Origin: Trichoplax adhaerens
Taxonomy: Eukaryota > Animalia > Placozoa
Length of the DNA stretch: 64,000 nucleotides
NCBI RefSeq assembly: GCF_000150275.1
Contig: NW_002060947.1
Span: forward strand, 2,841,740-2,905,739
Direction of reading: 5' to 3'
The position numbers and the translations under genes were made by a program. Shown here one piece after another: positions 1 to 13,000 of the stretch (the first letter of the stretch is position 1; each line of letters begins with the position of its first letter). Under the pieces are notes generated by a model that ran no database searches, was not told where the DNA came from, and worked only from the letters and a program-made list of their open reading frames with translations.

Positions 1-227
1 AGTAGTTACCAGTAGAAATAACATCGAGATATTCTGGTATAGATACGATAGCAATATTACTGAGGCTTATATATGCATAATAAACAGTAATACGGTATAG
101 CTTATTTGATGAATTCTTACTTATTATAATTATAGTATTGTAGAATAATCCGTGTGGGCGATATACTACCTCGGTACTATTGCATTTTTAGCAACTAATT
201 TACGAAACAAATTAATGATTGTATTAG

Positions 228-2783
228 ATCGATGACGACTTCATCGCTGCTTATCAGTACCATTATGGAACGAATACGAATCAACAGGAACCTACTACAG
301 GAGTCATTACAGCTGCAAATATGGCTCCTCCTACCGCTGAAGCTGCTAAGGTAATATAGCAACCTTTCACATTCCAGCTTCAGCCAGGGACTACTAAAAG
401 AAAGAGATGGGACAGGCAGGAAACGGTTGTTCGCTATACTAATAATATGAAGGCTGATTATTTTACTGGTCATTTCAACTGTGTCGTATGTCTGTAAACG
501 GTACACTGTACTGTCTGCGATTGACGTCCAAATTAGCTGCTATTAGCCTACTAAGTTGGTTTTGTGCATTATGTTATACGGGTTTCATCGGTAGCATATA
601 GTAGAATGATCGAAAAAATGATAAGCCTTCACATTATTTTTACAGTGTGATCGTTTCCTTTCCCATCTCTTTCTTTTTAGTAGTCCCTGCTTGTACATAT
701 TGTAAGCTGAACAAAATTCATTTTGTGTTAAAATCTTGTTAGCCTATCGTAAATGCTTCAAATGCGATTCCCAAGCAAAAGCAGAAAGGGGAAGAATCAA
801 AAGATAGAAAATCTCAACCTGAAGGTGATATCATGCAATAAAGCTTAATCAGTCACAACTAGCTAAGTCCTTACCTACAGTTATAACATGGAATAGAATA
901 GTACAATTTAATGTTTACTATCAACCTATATTTCTTCGTGCTAAGAAGTCGCGAAATCATATGCATATTGATTGACTTAAGAATGGTAATCTTTCAATTA
1001 TAGGCTGGTTTGATGTCGATGAAACTAAAAATACGAACGTTTATGTCTCAGGTTCTATATTGATATACGAGATCATAAATTATTAAATAGCTTTTAAAGA
1101 ATAAGATTAAATTAATAGCATCTTAGGGTATTATGGAGAAAAGCCAGTTTTGGTATCACCAGTCTAAGCGTGTAGTTATAGTAAGAAAATTTTCGCCTTG
1201 TAATTAATTTGATGTTAGGCTTACCTATGGACACTACAGAAGAAGAATTCGTAGAATTAATGAGTAAATGTGGTATAATTATGCAGGACGATGACACTAG
1301 TATGTAAATATATATTCGTAAAGAAAAGTTATTATCATCTATAATGAAAGTGTTAGATTGACGGTGGATGTCGGTTTATCGTTATTCATAATAAAAATAG
1401 AAGAATTCAAGGTGAAACTTTATAGGGATACAGATGGGCAATTGAAGGGTGACGGACGATGCTGCTACTTGAAGGTATACTCGATAACGAACATTGAATT
1501 GCTGATTTACGCTTACTGTAGTTAAAAACTATTCTAAAAATCCGTTCGTGTCATGGTAATTTGCGCAAACAGCTCCTAATCAGTCGTTCGAATAACATTT
1601 GCTCAAGCAGCGATTCCTATTTCGATCCTAGGTCGAGTCAGTAGACCTCGCTTTACAAATTCTTGATGGTTCCTTATTTAAAGACAGCACAATTAATGTT
1701 GAGAGGGTAAAGTACCTACTAATGCATGTCAGAATGTGAAGATATATAGCTAAATAGACGTTAGAGACCTCCATTTGGGAGATGCAACCAATTCGAATTA
1801 AAGTATTTAATTTCTCCTGTTGTCTATCAAAAGTTAAACGTGATATTGAATCTTTTAGGCGATGTTTACGTTAAAAGGACGGTATGACCCATCGCTGCGA
1901 AAAAAGAAGAAAAACACGAAAAAGAGAAAGAGAAAAACACAGGAAAAGTAATTCACTGCCATACATATTAGAGTATACCATTTGAAAAAGTTTCATAATA
2001 TGTTACCTATTATCTTTATCAAGGTTACTTTCATGGAATGAAAGTAAATCAGAAAAGCGTTCCAAACTTGATAAGGTTTTGATTGTTAAAAATATTTTTC
2101 ATCCGGATGAATTTGAGGTAAATTTGCTAGCTTTCTTGCAGTCTATGATCGTTTATGGGTTGTAGTTTATAAGATAGTGGTATTAATCTTCAGCACCACC
2201 ATCTGCGAATGTTTTTAATAGAAGGATCCTACATATATAACAGAATTAAAAAGCTCTGTAAAGGAAGAGTGTGAAGCCAAGTTTGGACCTATCAAGAAGA
2301 TAATAATATTTGATGTAAGCTGTAAAATGCGTGCTATGATATCGTGCGATACAGCACTGTAAGATTTTACAAATATTGTATGCACTTGTTTGTATGTCAA
2401 TATACTTTCTGGATTATAATGCTGCATTGGATATTGTTTTTATAGAGACATCCAGAGGGAGTAATTTCGATAACTTTTGCAAATCCAGAAGATCGTGATA
2501 AGTGTCTCGAGGTTATCATTGTTTGTTATATTTGGTATTTTTAGTTAACGGAGATCTGTTGTATCATTATGCTATATCGGTTTTTTGCTCGCCGTAATTA
2601 TTGCACAAGTATGATATTGAACTTATTTGGTCCCAGGTAATGCATGGGCGATACTTTGCGAAGAGGAAACTGCATGCTGAAAAGTGGGATGGCTTTACTA
2701 ATTATCAAATTGAAGAGACGGACATGGAAAGGGAAGAACGTATAAAGAAGTGGGAGGCGTACATCGAGGAAGATAACGCTTAA
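228..2783 (+). CDS. HTATSF1: HIV Tat-specific factor 1 (Tat-SF1/Cus2) U2 snRNP factor, RRM + UHM; 5' exons lie upstream of the window
   Basis: GT-AG exons in consistent phase: 228-350, 743-824, 1004-1051, 1219-1299, 1401-1474, 1632-1706, 1859-1947, 2024-2117, 2222-2314, 2446-2511, 2637-2783 (TAA). Translation gives IDDDFIAAYQYHYG, GWFDVDETKNTNVYVSGLP, KCGIIM, VKLYRDTDGQLKGDGRCCYLK, VESVDLALQILDG, RHPEGV, GRYFAKRKLHAEKWDG and ERIKKWEAY, all characteristic Tat-SF1 motifs. Confidence 0.95.
385..689. mobile_element. MITE with long terminal inverted repeats (family A, copy 1) in an HTATSF1 intron
   Basis: Left end CAGGGACTACTAAAAGAAAGAGATGGGA matches the reverse complement of the right end except for a 1-nt indel. 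Imperfect inverted similarity continues for about 90 bp. No coding capacity. 7-bp flanks CTTCAGC/CTTGTAC match only partly. Confidence 0.85.
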
Positions 2784-5700
2784 ATATATTTAGTGAAGGT
2801 ACTTTTTTAATCTTCTATATTAAGTCATGGAATAATTGTTATCCTCAATAATAATTTAAACGCATGTTCTGCTGCTTGTACTATTAATTTTCGATCGCGT
2901 AAGACACGAACAATCGTCTAACGATTATATTAGTAAATTCATGCCAGTCTGTCTTCATGAAATCGATTTCAACCTTAAGCCATACATAGCAGATGGGTTA
3001 ATTAGGGATTTTTGGACTATTACTCTAATATCAATATTGAGATATATATTTTTACGGATTAAATCCCCTATTTGAATGCTTATAGAAATTTAGTTAACTG
3101 TAAGCTGTATTAATATAAGCTATTTGTATTACTGCCGTCAATTCTAGGTATGAATCGGATGTGCGAATACGTTGGTTGGTACATGCTGTGAAAATGGGAT
3201 TGCCACTTGATAGTATCGATTTTTCAATTTTATAATTTAATTTGTAGTGCAAATTTACTGTGTGATGTGATAACATCAACACGTAGGTTGTACATTCAAT
3301 ACCAAGGATGCGAAACGATTTGTTCTTATCGATTGTAATAGCAAGGTCTGTTGGTATTTTATGAGACGCTTGCAAAGAGCTTGCATGTTCTATCAAATGA
3401 AGTTATAAGCCTCTATTATGCAATAAAAATTCATACACCTCCGGTATAAGTTTTCATTGCGTGTACACAATCTATTTCTGTAGTTTGTCTTATACGAATT
3501 TCAGTAATTATTACTGACTGTATGATAATTATATTAATTATAATTATTGAATAAAATTTACTATGATCTTATTAAAATAATTTTTAAGTAAGGCTGATCA
3601 AAACGCCGTATCGATATTCGTTTACTGGTTCATATTTACTCTTTACTAAGTAAAAAATGAGAATACGAGTTATTTGTCCAACAGAAAGCTTTTAAATTTA
3701 ATGTACACAACATTTTCCCAATTTATGGTATCAAATATAAATTCAGATGTTACACTGAAATTTATTTTTCTCAGGTTTTAATGCAAATTAACTCCGTTAT
3801 TTATGTTATAATGATCCAGTAGATATCGAAATTTTAGTTCGGTGCTTATATATTCTATAATTTGCTGATGAGTTATGTCCTTATGAATTACTCTTGGTTT
3901 TATAATGTCTGATTTTATCAAATTTATGATACTAGTCTCACTTAGATGGGTTGCAACTAAAGCATCATCGCAGGATTACTTACGCCATATCATGTAACAC
4001 ATGTATGCGTATACAAATACTTAAGATAGAGAAGACCTTAAAGATATTTGTTTTATGGATACTTTTTTTATGTTCATTATCTAAAATCTGAAATATTAAA
4101 CGATCACCTCAAATCCCTAATGAAATTAGGCCGTACAGAATTAGCTATTAATGATCTAATATATACAATTTTTTCAAGGTATCATGTTTGACAATATACT
4201 CATAATACTCGTATTAGTTGACAAATCAGTTATAATTATTAGTATGTGTAGTGATACTCTTCAATTTAGAATCTATGCTTAGAAATGTTTTTTATTCAGT
4301 TTTCTTCCGTACACATGTTTTTGCCTCTTATAGGAAATTTATCGTTTATCAAAGCCCATTCATTTAAAAGTAACTTCTCCGAGTTTTTGCAAACATCATA
4401 CTATTCAAATGCTGATATCACTATCTGGATAAAATTTAATAGAATTAAAAGTTTTAACATAATCAAAAAGATTTTTAAAGTTGGTGCACAATTTAATTAA
4501 CAATATTCTAGTAACCTATCATAACATGTAGCTATTTTCTTACTGATGTTTTAAAAAATATTATAGCAGCACTATCCTAGATTTCACTCGAATACAAAAA
4601 GCATGGAAATAGATTTACTGGTATTAAAAAACATCTAAAAAGGGGGTAAAGTATCTAACGTCATATCAATATATTCTGAATCTACCTATTGTATATTGCA
4701 TAGGTATCCAGCATGCCACGATTTGCTAGTATACAATATATTGCATTATATTACGAAAAGGACGCAGTAGGGATAGGCTACTGACTAATAAATAGAGGTA
4801 CAAGATACTAAAAAGCTTTAATGCATTTCTCTATATATATAATCCAGATTTTGGATGCTAAATATCTCATCGAAAGTATAACAGTTGGCATTATTACCTA
4901 CGATAACATATTAGAGGCTAAAAGAAAACATCAGCTTCGTATTAAATTTTTAAGTAGCCAGTGTATGTACGTGATCGATTGTGCCTGAACTGCATCATAG
5001 ATATTACAAATCCGCTACAATCTATTTAATGTACCAACTTATAGACTCAAAAATACGGATATTTGTATCTCAGCTATGATTAAATTAAATTTAAGCATTG
5101 TTTGTAAAATAGATGAATAATGGCATATTAGTAATTTTAATGGTTACTGATAAAAGGTGAAAATATTAGAGTTTTTACGTCCTTGAAACAGAAGATCTCG
5201 TAGGACTAAAACCGAATATATTGATACAAGCTAATTGTATAAATAACTTTGATAAAATCAGAATTTGCAGTAATGCTGCAATAGCTATTATGAATCATTT
5301 AAGATACTTTATATTAGATGTTAAGGTAGCATGGTAAGAAGTACATTTCCAGATAGAGTAGCAGTAAAAAAAATCTAAATTTCAATTGAAGCTGTTATTA
5401 GCCAACTATAAATCTTGATATGGTACAAAATTCTGATAGTAAAGGCTTTCAAGGGCTTAGAGATATAAATAAGTTTTACTTACATATAAGTAATGTTAAT
5501 ATGAATTTCACTTCATACTGTAATTGGTCTCTAATAAACTTTTTGTAAATCTGAAATTTTTAAAGATATTATAAATCGCCGCTTCTAAGCTTTATTGTCG
5601 GATTCTTTAAATACGAATAAAAGTCCTCATAAACTACATCTGATAATAGCTAGAGAGAAAAATGGTTTCGCTACGAAATATTGGAAATATTTTAAAATTG

Positions 5701-5926
5701 TATAAATAAATGGTATAAAACGTAAAAAATATAGCAGATAATTTTGTTGATGCGCCGTACAAAGTAACCGTTATAAGTTTACATTTCCATATATGATTTT
5801 GAAACCTCAGTTTATGGACCTATTTATGAATGTATACTTTTTATAACAGTGTATGAGGTATCATGTTTATAATCCTGACTATCGCAGATAATTTTTGTTT
5901 CTGAGGTATTATTGCTATAGTACGTG

Positions 5927-6207
5927 CAGGGATTACTCGAAAGAAGAGAAAGGGACGGGACACAGCCGAAAGCTGCAAGAATAAGTTGGCTGATCATTTC
6001 AAAATACGTTACGGTTGTAACCGTACACCGTACTGTGCAAAACCAACCTGGCATCTAATTTGAAGCACGATTGTGTACAGTATAGGGTACGATTACCGAT
6101 GGTCAATGCAGTTGCAATGACCAGCAGAAAAGTCGGCCAACTCATCGCTAGTACAGTATAGTCAACGATCGTGTCCTGTCCCTTTCTTTTATTTCGAGTA
6201 GTCCCGG
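5927..6207. mobile_element. MITE (family A-related, copy 2)
   Basis: 37-bp TIRs match 32/37 (CAGGGATTACTCGAAAGAAGAGAAAGGGACGGGACAC). Flanks GTACGTG/GTATGTG match 6/7, suggesting a 7-bp TSD. Internal segments resemble copy 1. Confidence 0.8.
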
Positions 6208-7875
6208 GTATGTGATGTTTACCTAATTGATACTTAATATCTTATATTTAAAGATATTCAGAGTTAATGAGTAACAGCATGACGGAATTAAAGAAGTTTC
6301 ATAGTCTTGTAATAAAGTCGACGACCTATATTAGTGTATTTGAACATTGAAGGAATTAATGATGCGTTACCATACCCTACTACTTGAACAGGTATAACTT
6401 TCCCATCTATCTATCACTTATCATGATACTATATATAATATGCTAGGACTATGCCTTAATATCAAAATTAATGATAATAAGAAAAATTTGAGCTAGTATC
6501 CAATCGCTATCAATTTTGAGATAATAACCAGCTCAACCGATTTATTCTATTCTCTAGAAGTTATCATATTTTAACTATACTTTTGGTGATTGTTAGTCAA
6601 GATAATACACTTATAATTTATGTATATGTCGAATTATGCCTACAGTATTTGCCAGCCTATGAAGAGGCGATCTAGGTATAAAATAGAACCTATTTTGTAA
6701 GATGATAACAATCATCTGATTTAAGTTCTCTTTATGATAAATTGGTCAGAGAATTAGATAAAATAGAAAGCTAAATGTGCAGGCAAACTGAACGATTCTA
6801 TTAGTTAGATGAAGCGCCATATATATGTTAGTTAATTCATTCTGGAGATAACAATCCTTGGTATTCAGTTTTCGTATTATACTGTAGTTTAATACTGTAT
6901 TATTGCTATCATTTGCTGCATCGCGCATGGTTGTATGGTAGTGTTACTGAAAGGACATCGTAGTTACGATTCTTGGTAAATTCTGTAAACTTTCTTGATT
7001 TGCTTGCGAGTAAATCAACGGATCATTTATTTTGATACGGATATAACTATTATTTATTTTCGTGCATGTTTATCGATTATAATTATCATTATTTTTATAT
7101 AAGATTTCTTAGTGTTAGAATTCTTTGCGTGAAGAAGTTTGAATTTTTGCTGCGCAATTTTACAGTGTTTCCATGACATTTGTAATCACATGACAAATCG
7201 GCCGTTTCTATTGGCTATTCATTTCATATGCCTTGTTGGTCATTGTGAATGATTATTATTGAACAATATTCAAATTAAATCGTGCTTCCTTTTATTGGTA
7301 AAAGCATTGCAGCGCTACGTAAGAAACCATTATGCGGATATCCTATCAAATCAGTTGACTCCAATTTAATCTACGCAATAGACACTCACAGCTACACAAC
7401 TAAATATCTTCATACGAATAATCATACATACAGTATATAAAAATAGATACCAGCAACAATATAAATATCCAGAATATTTTCATTAGCGTTAATATTGTGT
7501 AAGCATCAGAGACATCACCATCGCTGGGTGCACCATTTCGGTTTCGTTGTTGATGTCCCAGTAAATTTGAAATACGTTTAGCTATCCAAAAGTAAGTCTA
7601 TGATAACATGTTGAGAATACATGATATCTAATTAATTATATATATAACTGAATAATTTTCCAACATGCATGTCTACATATTAAAATGTTGATTAATACGT
7701 ACTGGAAATTTGGATATTTTATGAATTAACTATGTGTGAGGTTACACTTTACTTTACCATTGCCGAGATAGGTTTACTGGCTGTACCGTAATAATAATAT
7801 GATTTAACAGCAGTGAAATATGTTATTACTTAATTACAGTAATGCCTTAATCGGAAATCGCTAGCCCAGGAAGTC

Positions 7876-8412
7876 GTACAGTAGTTACAGTATTATTCGA
7901 ATATTTTACGAATAATTTACATACAGTACAGTACTGTAGATGTTTCATTACTATACTGTACTGTACAGTACAGTACAGTACTTTTACAGTTACTAACTGA
8001 ATACTGAACAGTACTGCACGCTGTACAGTACATACCAGTCTCCTGCATTTGACTAAGATATTTTACCCATTTAAAATTTCTACCAAACTTTTACACTCTA
8101 CAGTACTGTACTCTGTACAGTATCTACGAATTTAGAAACTCAGTAATACAGTACAGTACTGTACAGTACTGGGCACTGAGTGTACAGTACAGTACAGTAC
8201 AGTACTGTACAGCACCGTAAAGAGAAATCGAAAGTCAATAGTTAGACGTAGCAACTAGTACAGTACAGTACTGTACTGCAGTATTATATTAGTATACTGT
8301 AGCACATGTTCAATCGGTCTTCCAGTGATTTGATTGTATCACATTTTCGTAAATAAAGGAAATAAATTGATAGTAAATAATGATTGCACATATGTAACTA
8401 CTGTATACAGTA
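7876..8412. repeat. (GTAC[A/T])n palindromic pentamer array in the 5' region of the AHR gene
   Basis: Dense runs such as TGTACAGTACAGTACAGTACAGTACTGTACAG (about 8181-8212) and TACTGTACTGTACAGTACAGTACAGTAC. Confidence 0.85.
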
Positions 8413-10000
8413 CGTCTATGCGACTATAAAATCATGCTGGTGTTCTGATCTAGTGGTAAATAGTGCCTAATACCAATATTATAATCATAACGAACAGTTT
8501 TAAAACACCAAAATTTATATTAATTATTAAAGCTCCGGAAATAGATAGCGAAAATTGTTTTCCAGTACACAGTTCAATACTACATTTTGCTGTGTCGGTG
8601 CAATAAAATTGATTGATCTTGATCTTAAAATAACTGTCGTAAATCAAGGAAACGAGCGCAATCGTTTTCATCTTATCTCAAGAAGTCATTTGATTTAATG
8701 ATTAATTTAGGTGATTCCTGAAGTATTCGAATTTAAAATTGGATTTGTTTGTGGCAGCTTTAAATTGAGTTAACGTTCTAAAATTTCCTCTTCCTACCGA
8801 AAATAGAATAGTGGTTAGTTATAAAAGTATATAGCTTGACATTGTGAAGATAGCACGGTACTATCATACGACAAATACGTAAAATACCCTACATACTAAC
8901 AGGCATAGCGTAATAGTTTGAATCAGCGACAAAATTCAAGGATAGAGATACTAAAGAACAATGTTCTAGGTGCTAATTACTACCTTCATTCTTAATTTTA
9001 AGTCATTTTTAGCAGGTATAAGCCGCGTTATCTCCGAATAAACAAATGCAGTTCAACAGTTTCAGGTTCTACTTTAAATGCTTTATTCAGTTGTACTCGT
9101 ATTTTCGATTAGGAATTCATAGGTGATTTTCAGATAACATTTTCATCTAATTAATAAGCGTATTAAAGGTACGATACTAAGGTGAATCAACGAACAGGAT
9201 TCTCTGCAGATAAATTTTACGCACAAAATCAGGGTTACGATTACTTTACCGTATCTTAAACGTGCAAGTATTAGCTTACGTAAATAATTTTTGAGGATTG
9301 AGCGCATCAACTGAGAAGCTACTAAACGCTAATACGTAGTACATTACGAATCGCAATCTAAACAATTCGGCTGACGTTCAGTATTGGGATCTAGAATTTG
9401 CGCTCATATGTGAGACAAAACCTGGACAAAATTCTTAAGCTCGTCAGGTATTGGCACGAAGTTGACTTAATATTAGAGGCAAGTAAATAAGAAAGTATTA
9501 CTAGCTATTATTTTCAAATATAGTAAATAGTAATAATATGATTGCACTATCTAGCAAGTAACAAAGTTATTGTTTGGGTAGTTAATATTGTATGTTATAT
9601 TTTCTATTATAAAGTGTAGTATACACTGTTAAATCTTTAATCAATATAATGACGCAACCTAACATATAGATCCCTGTAAAGAAGATATACCTTTTTATTT
9701 TATGAGCTCGACCTTATACTGTATACCAGCTCACTGACTGTTCGTACCGTACAGTTAGTAACACATAATACCAGATATTTACGCTTATCTACTCGCGCGG
9801 TACTGTACCACATCACCTGGTAACTCTACTGTACTGTACTATAGTGCAATGAATATTTCATCCGCTACACGTAGCATGCATACACTGATTAAATAATTAT
9901 AATTGATCAATTTTATATCAAACTACATATGAATAATGAATATTTTGTTTTTATTAACTTAATATTAAATTATAGAATCATTACTCTTCATGTATCTGCA

Positions 10001-13000
10001 ATGTTTGGCCGTCGAAAGCGAAGACACGTAAAACATAGGTGGGTGATAAGATAGCTAGCTCAAATGCGTAATTTTTACAAATCAATGTAGTGCCGTACTC
10101 TATAGCACTAGTATGAACTACAGTATACATATAATTTGCAGTCCATGACAGTAGATTGTTCTAGATTAGAAAATAACTATTGGTCCATTGCTGTTAATTT
10201 CTTCAATTACTTCCTTAAGTATTTGTCTAGGGTTATTATATTGGTTATGACCTTTGAAGTACAGTAAATGCTATCACAATAGGTCGTAGTAGATATGCAA
10301 CGACAAATGTTGCAACATTACCAAATACAGTATCTTTACGTAACGTTACCATTGCTAATCTATATGATCGGAGTTGCCTTAAATAAATTATTTTTATCAA
10401 TATGTAGCATATTAGCTTCAACAAATCCGTCAAAACGCCATCGGGATAAACTTAACTGCGAATTAGATAATCTAACCAAGTTATTACCTTGTAATAATGG
10501 CAAAATTGCAAAACTGGACAAATTGTCAATTCTTCGGCTATCAGTTAGTTATCTCAGAGCGAAGACTTTGCTAAAACGTAAGTCATAAAAAGTAACAGAT
10601 GAATACATTATTTATGTGCACTGTTAAGATATAAATTTTGATACCATATTGTGCAACCTCATAATATTATACGATACCAATTATGAAATTACTATTCCTT
10701 TAATAAGAATTCTTATCGTGATGCTTTGTTGACGCAAATTTTAAATATTTAACCTTAGTATTTTCGCTTAAGCTTGCATTTTTAGATTTTACAATTATGC
10801 ATATTCATATTTTAGTGTGCTAAATCGTTTTAGCACGATAGTACATATACGAGCATAGCACTACAAGATGCATATAATTTCATATAATAAAAAAATTCTC
10901 GTACGTATTTCAGTATGTAGCTCATATTCAACAAATGCACTATACCATATCTATAGTAGTCAATATATGAAATGCGACACAGTTAATAAATAAAAAATAC
11001 ATTAGTACTTATGCTGACGGTAAATACAAATAATCATTTTCAAATAGTTAAAATCAAAAATTTTGTAATGCTTCCGAATAAAACCATACTGTGTTTAATT
11101 ACTGTTGTTATCATAAGATGATCGAGTTTCTCCAGCTAAGAGCCCAAAAATTAGTTGTTGTCCTAGACTGTAAACGCTGGCAGCTCATAAACGCTACTAT
11201 GTAGATCGAATTCCATTAAATTAAAATAAAAACAAATACTGACACTCAAGGGTGTACCGTAAGTTTAAAAGCGTACTTAATATATATCTACGTAATTGCT
11301 GTATATTCCTGATTTCACCGGACATAGCGATCGCAGTTTCTTGAAAAATTTTAAAAGTATATAAATATATGGGTATATACCTTATATAAAATAGCTTTAT
11401 AATTTATGGAATGTTCGTAATATTTCATAAAGGATTTAGACTGTATGCAAAGTTTTAAATCCAAATATTAATTACTTACAAGGTGTGAATCAAATTGCAG
11501 ATATTAGCGCGGATTCAGGAGGTGAAGGCAGTACGAGCAGTAGTTCAGAAAGTAGCTCATGCAGCTCATATCAAAATAGTACGAATAGCTCGAGTAAATC
11601 CTCTAGTGGTTTACCGGAAGGAGAATTATTGATGGAGGTTATAAATTTTAATATGCTTATTATAAAATAAAAGCCAGTATGACGTGATCAGTTTCGTGTT
11701 TTAATTAACTTTGATAAAGACATATAATAATTTTATATACTATATATATGAGCTATCGAATATTGTTACGGTCAACAATATATTGTGTAGTACACGCAGA
11801 ATAGCTTGCTACTCGTTATAATATATGATTTGCTAAATAACACTAATTTCAGATCTTAATTAATCTTATTAGGCACTCAACGGGTTTATAATTCTAGTAA
11901 CAGTAGACGGTGAAATATTTTTTGTTTCATCATCTGTTTCAAAATTTTTAGGTTTAAATCAGGCAAGTATAAATATTTAAATTATTGTATGATTAAATTT
12001 GCTGTTTGTAAGCGCTTTTAAACTTATCGTAAGTAATCAGGATTTGCTTTTACTTAACATTTAAAATCTAAGGTTGATATTATGCATCACAGTATCTATG
12101 ACTATTTGCACCATAAAGACAGTCCAATGTTTCAAAATCAACTTTTAGCAGCATGTCAACATGCTCAAATTCACCATAATAATCATCGCGTAAGTTAGCA
12201 GTTGAAATTACAACATGTAGCAACTGAGGTGTATGATTAATTGCCCTCGATTAATTTTATATTTATTTGTTACGGATTGGAATTTCATTTATTAGACAAA
12301 TCGAATTACGAACTCACGCAATTTATCGAGGCGCATACTCATTTACAGTACGTTCGGCATTAATATCTAGTGATCCTATAATGTATAGCAATTACAACAG
12401 TAAAAATTATGTCATTAATTGAACTATGTGTCATAATCAATCTAGGAAATACTACCATATTTTCTTGCGTTTGTCAAATGAAATGTGTCTTACCTTCACG
12501 AAATGATTATAAGGTGTATCTGCGTTACAGAATCTCATAATTTGTATCTGGTAGTACTTACTTCGCTATTTCTTGGTAATTATTGGAATAAATTGAGTTT
12601 GCATTTTATGTTTTTAGGCAATTCATATTCATGGAAAAATAAAAAAGCTATATACCGAAAATAAATGGACGCTATTTGCTACATGCACTGCCATAATGCC
12701 TGATTCCTTATCGATTGGGCTTTATCCGAAAAACGTTATCTTTCAATCCAAACATACAATTGACTTTACTTTTCTTGAAGTAGATGATATGTAAGTGACA
12801 TAATTTAAATATGTAATTAATATTATAGTTTGTTTTAAAATTTTTACATTAATTTCGTCCGTATGCAATCATTAACTGTGAGATTTAGTGTACTCATGTG
12901 CTTCTCTACGAAGGTTAATGAAAGTCTTAGGATTCACTAGAAAGGAGCTGATAGGCACTTCTGCCTATAAATTGATTCATCAAGGAGATGTCAATTACAT

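Noticed and set aside
7125-7131. TTGCGTG xenobiotic response element upstream of AHR (autoregulation)
   Set aside because: About ten TNGCGTG matches are expected by chance in a window of this size and composition.
7876-8412. CRISPR-like interpretation of the repeat clusters
   Set aside because: There is no constant repeat with unique spacers and no cas gene, and the context is eukaryotic.
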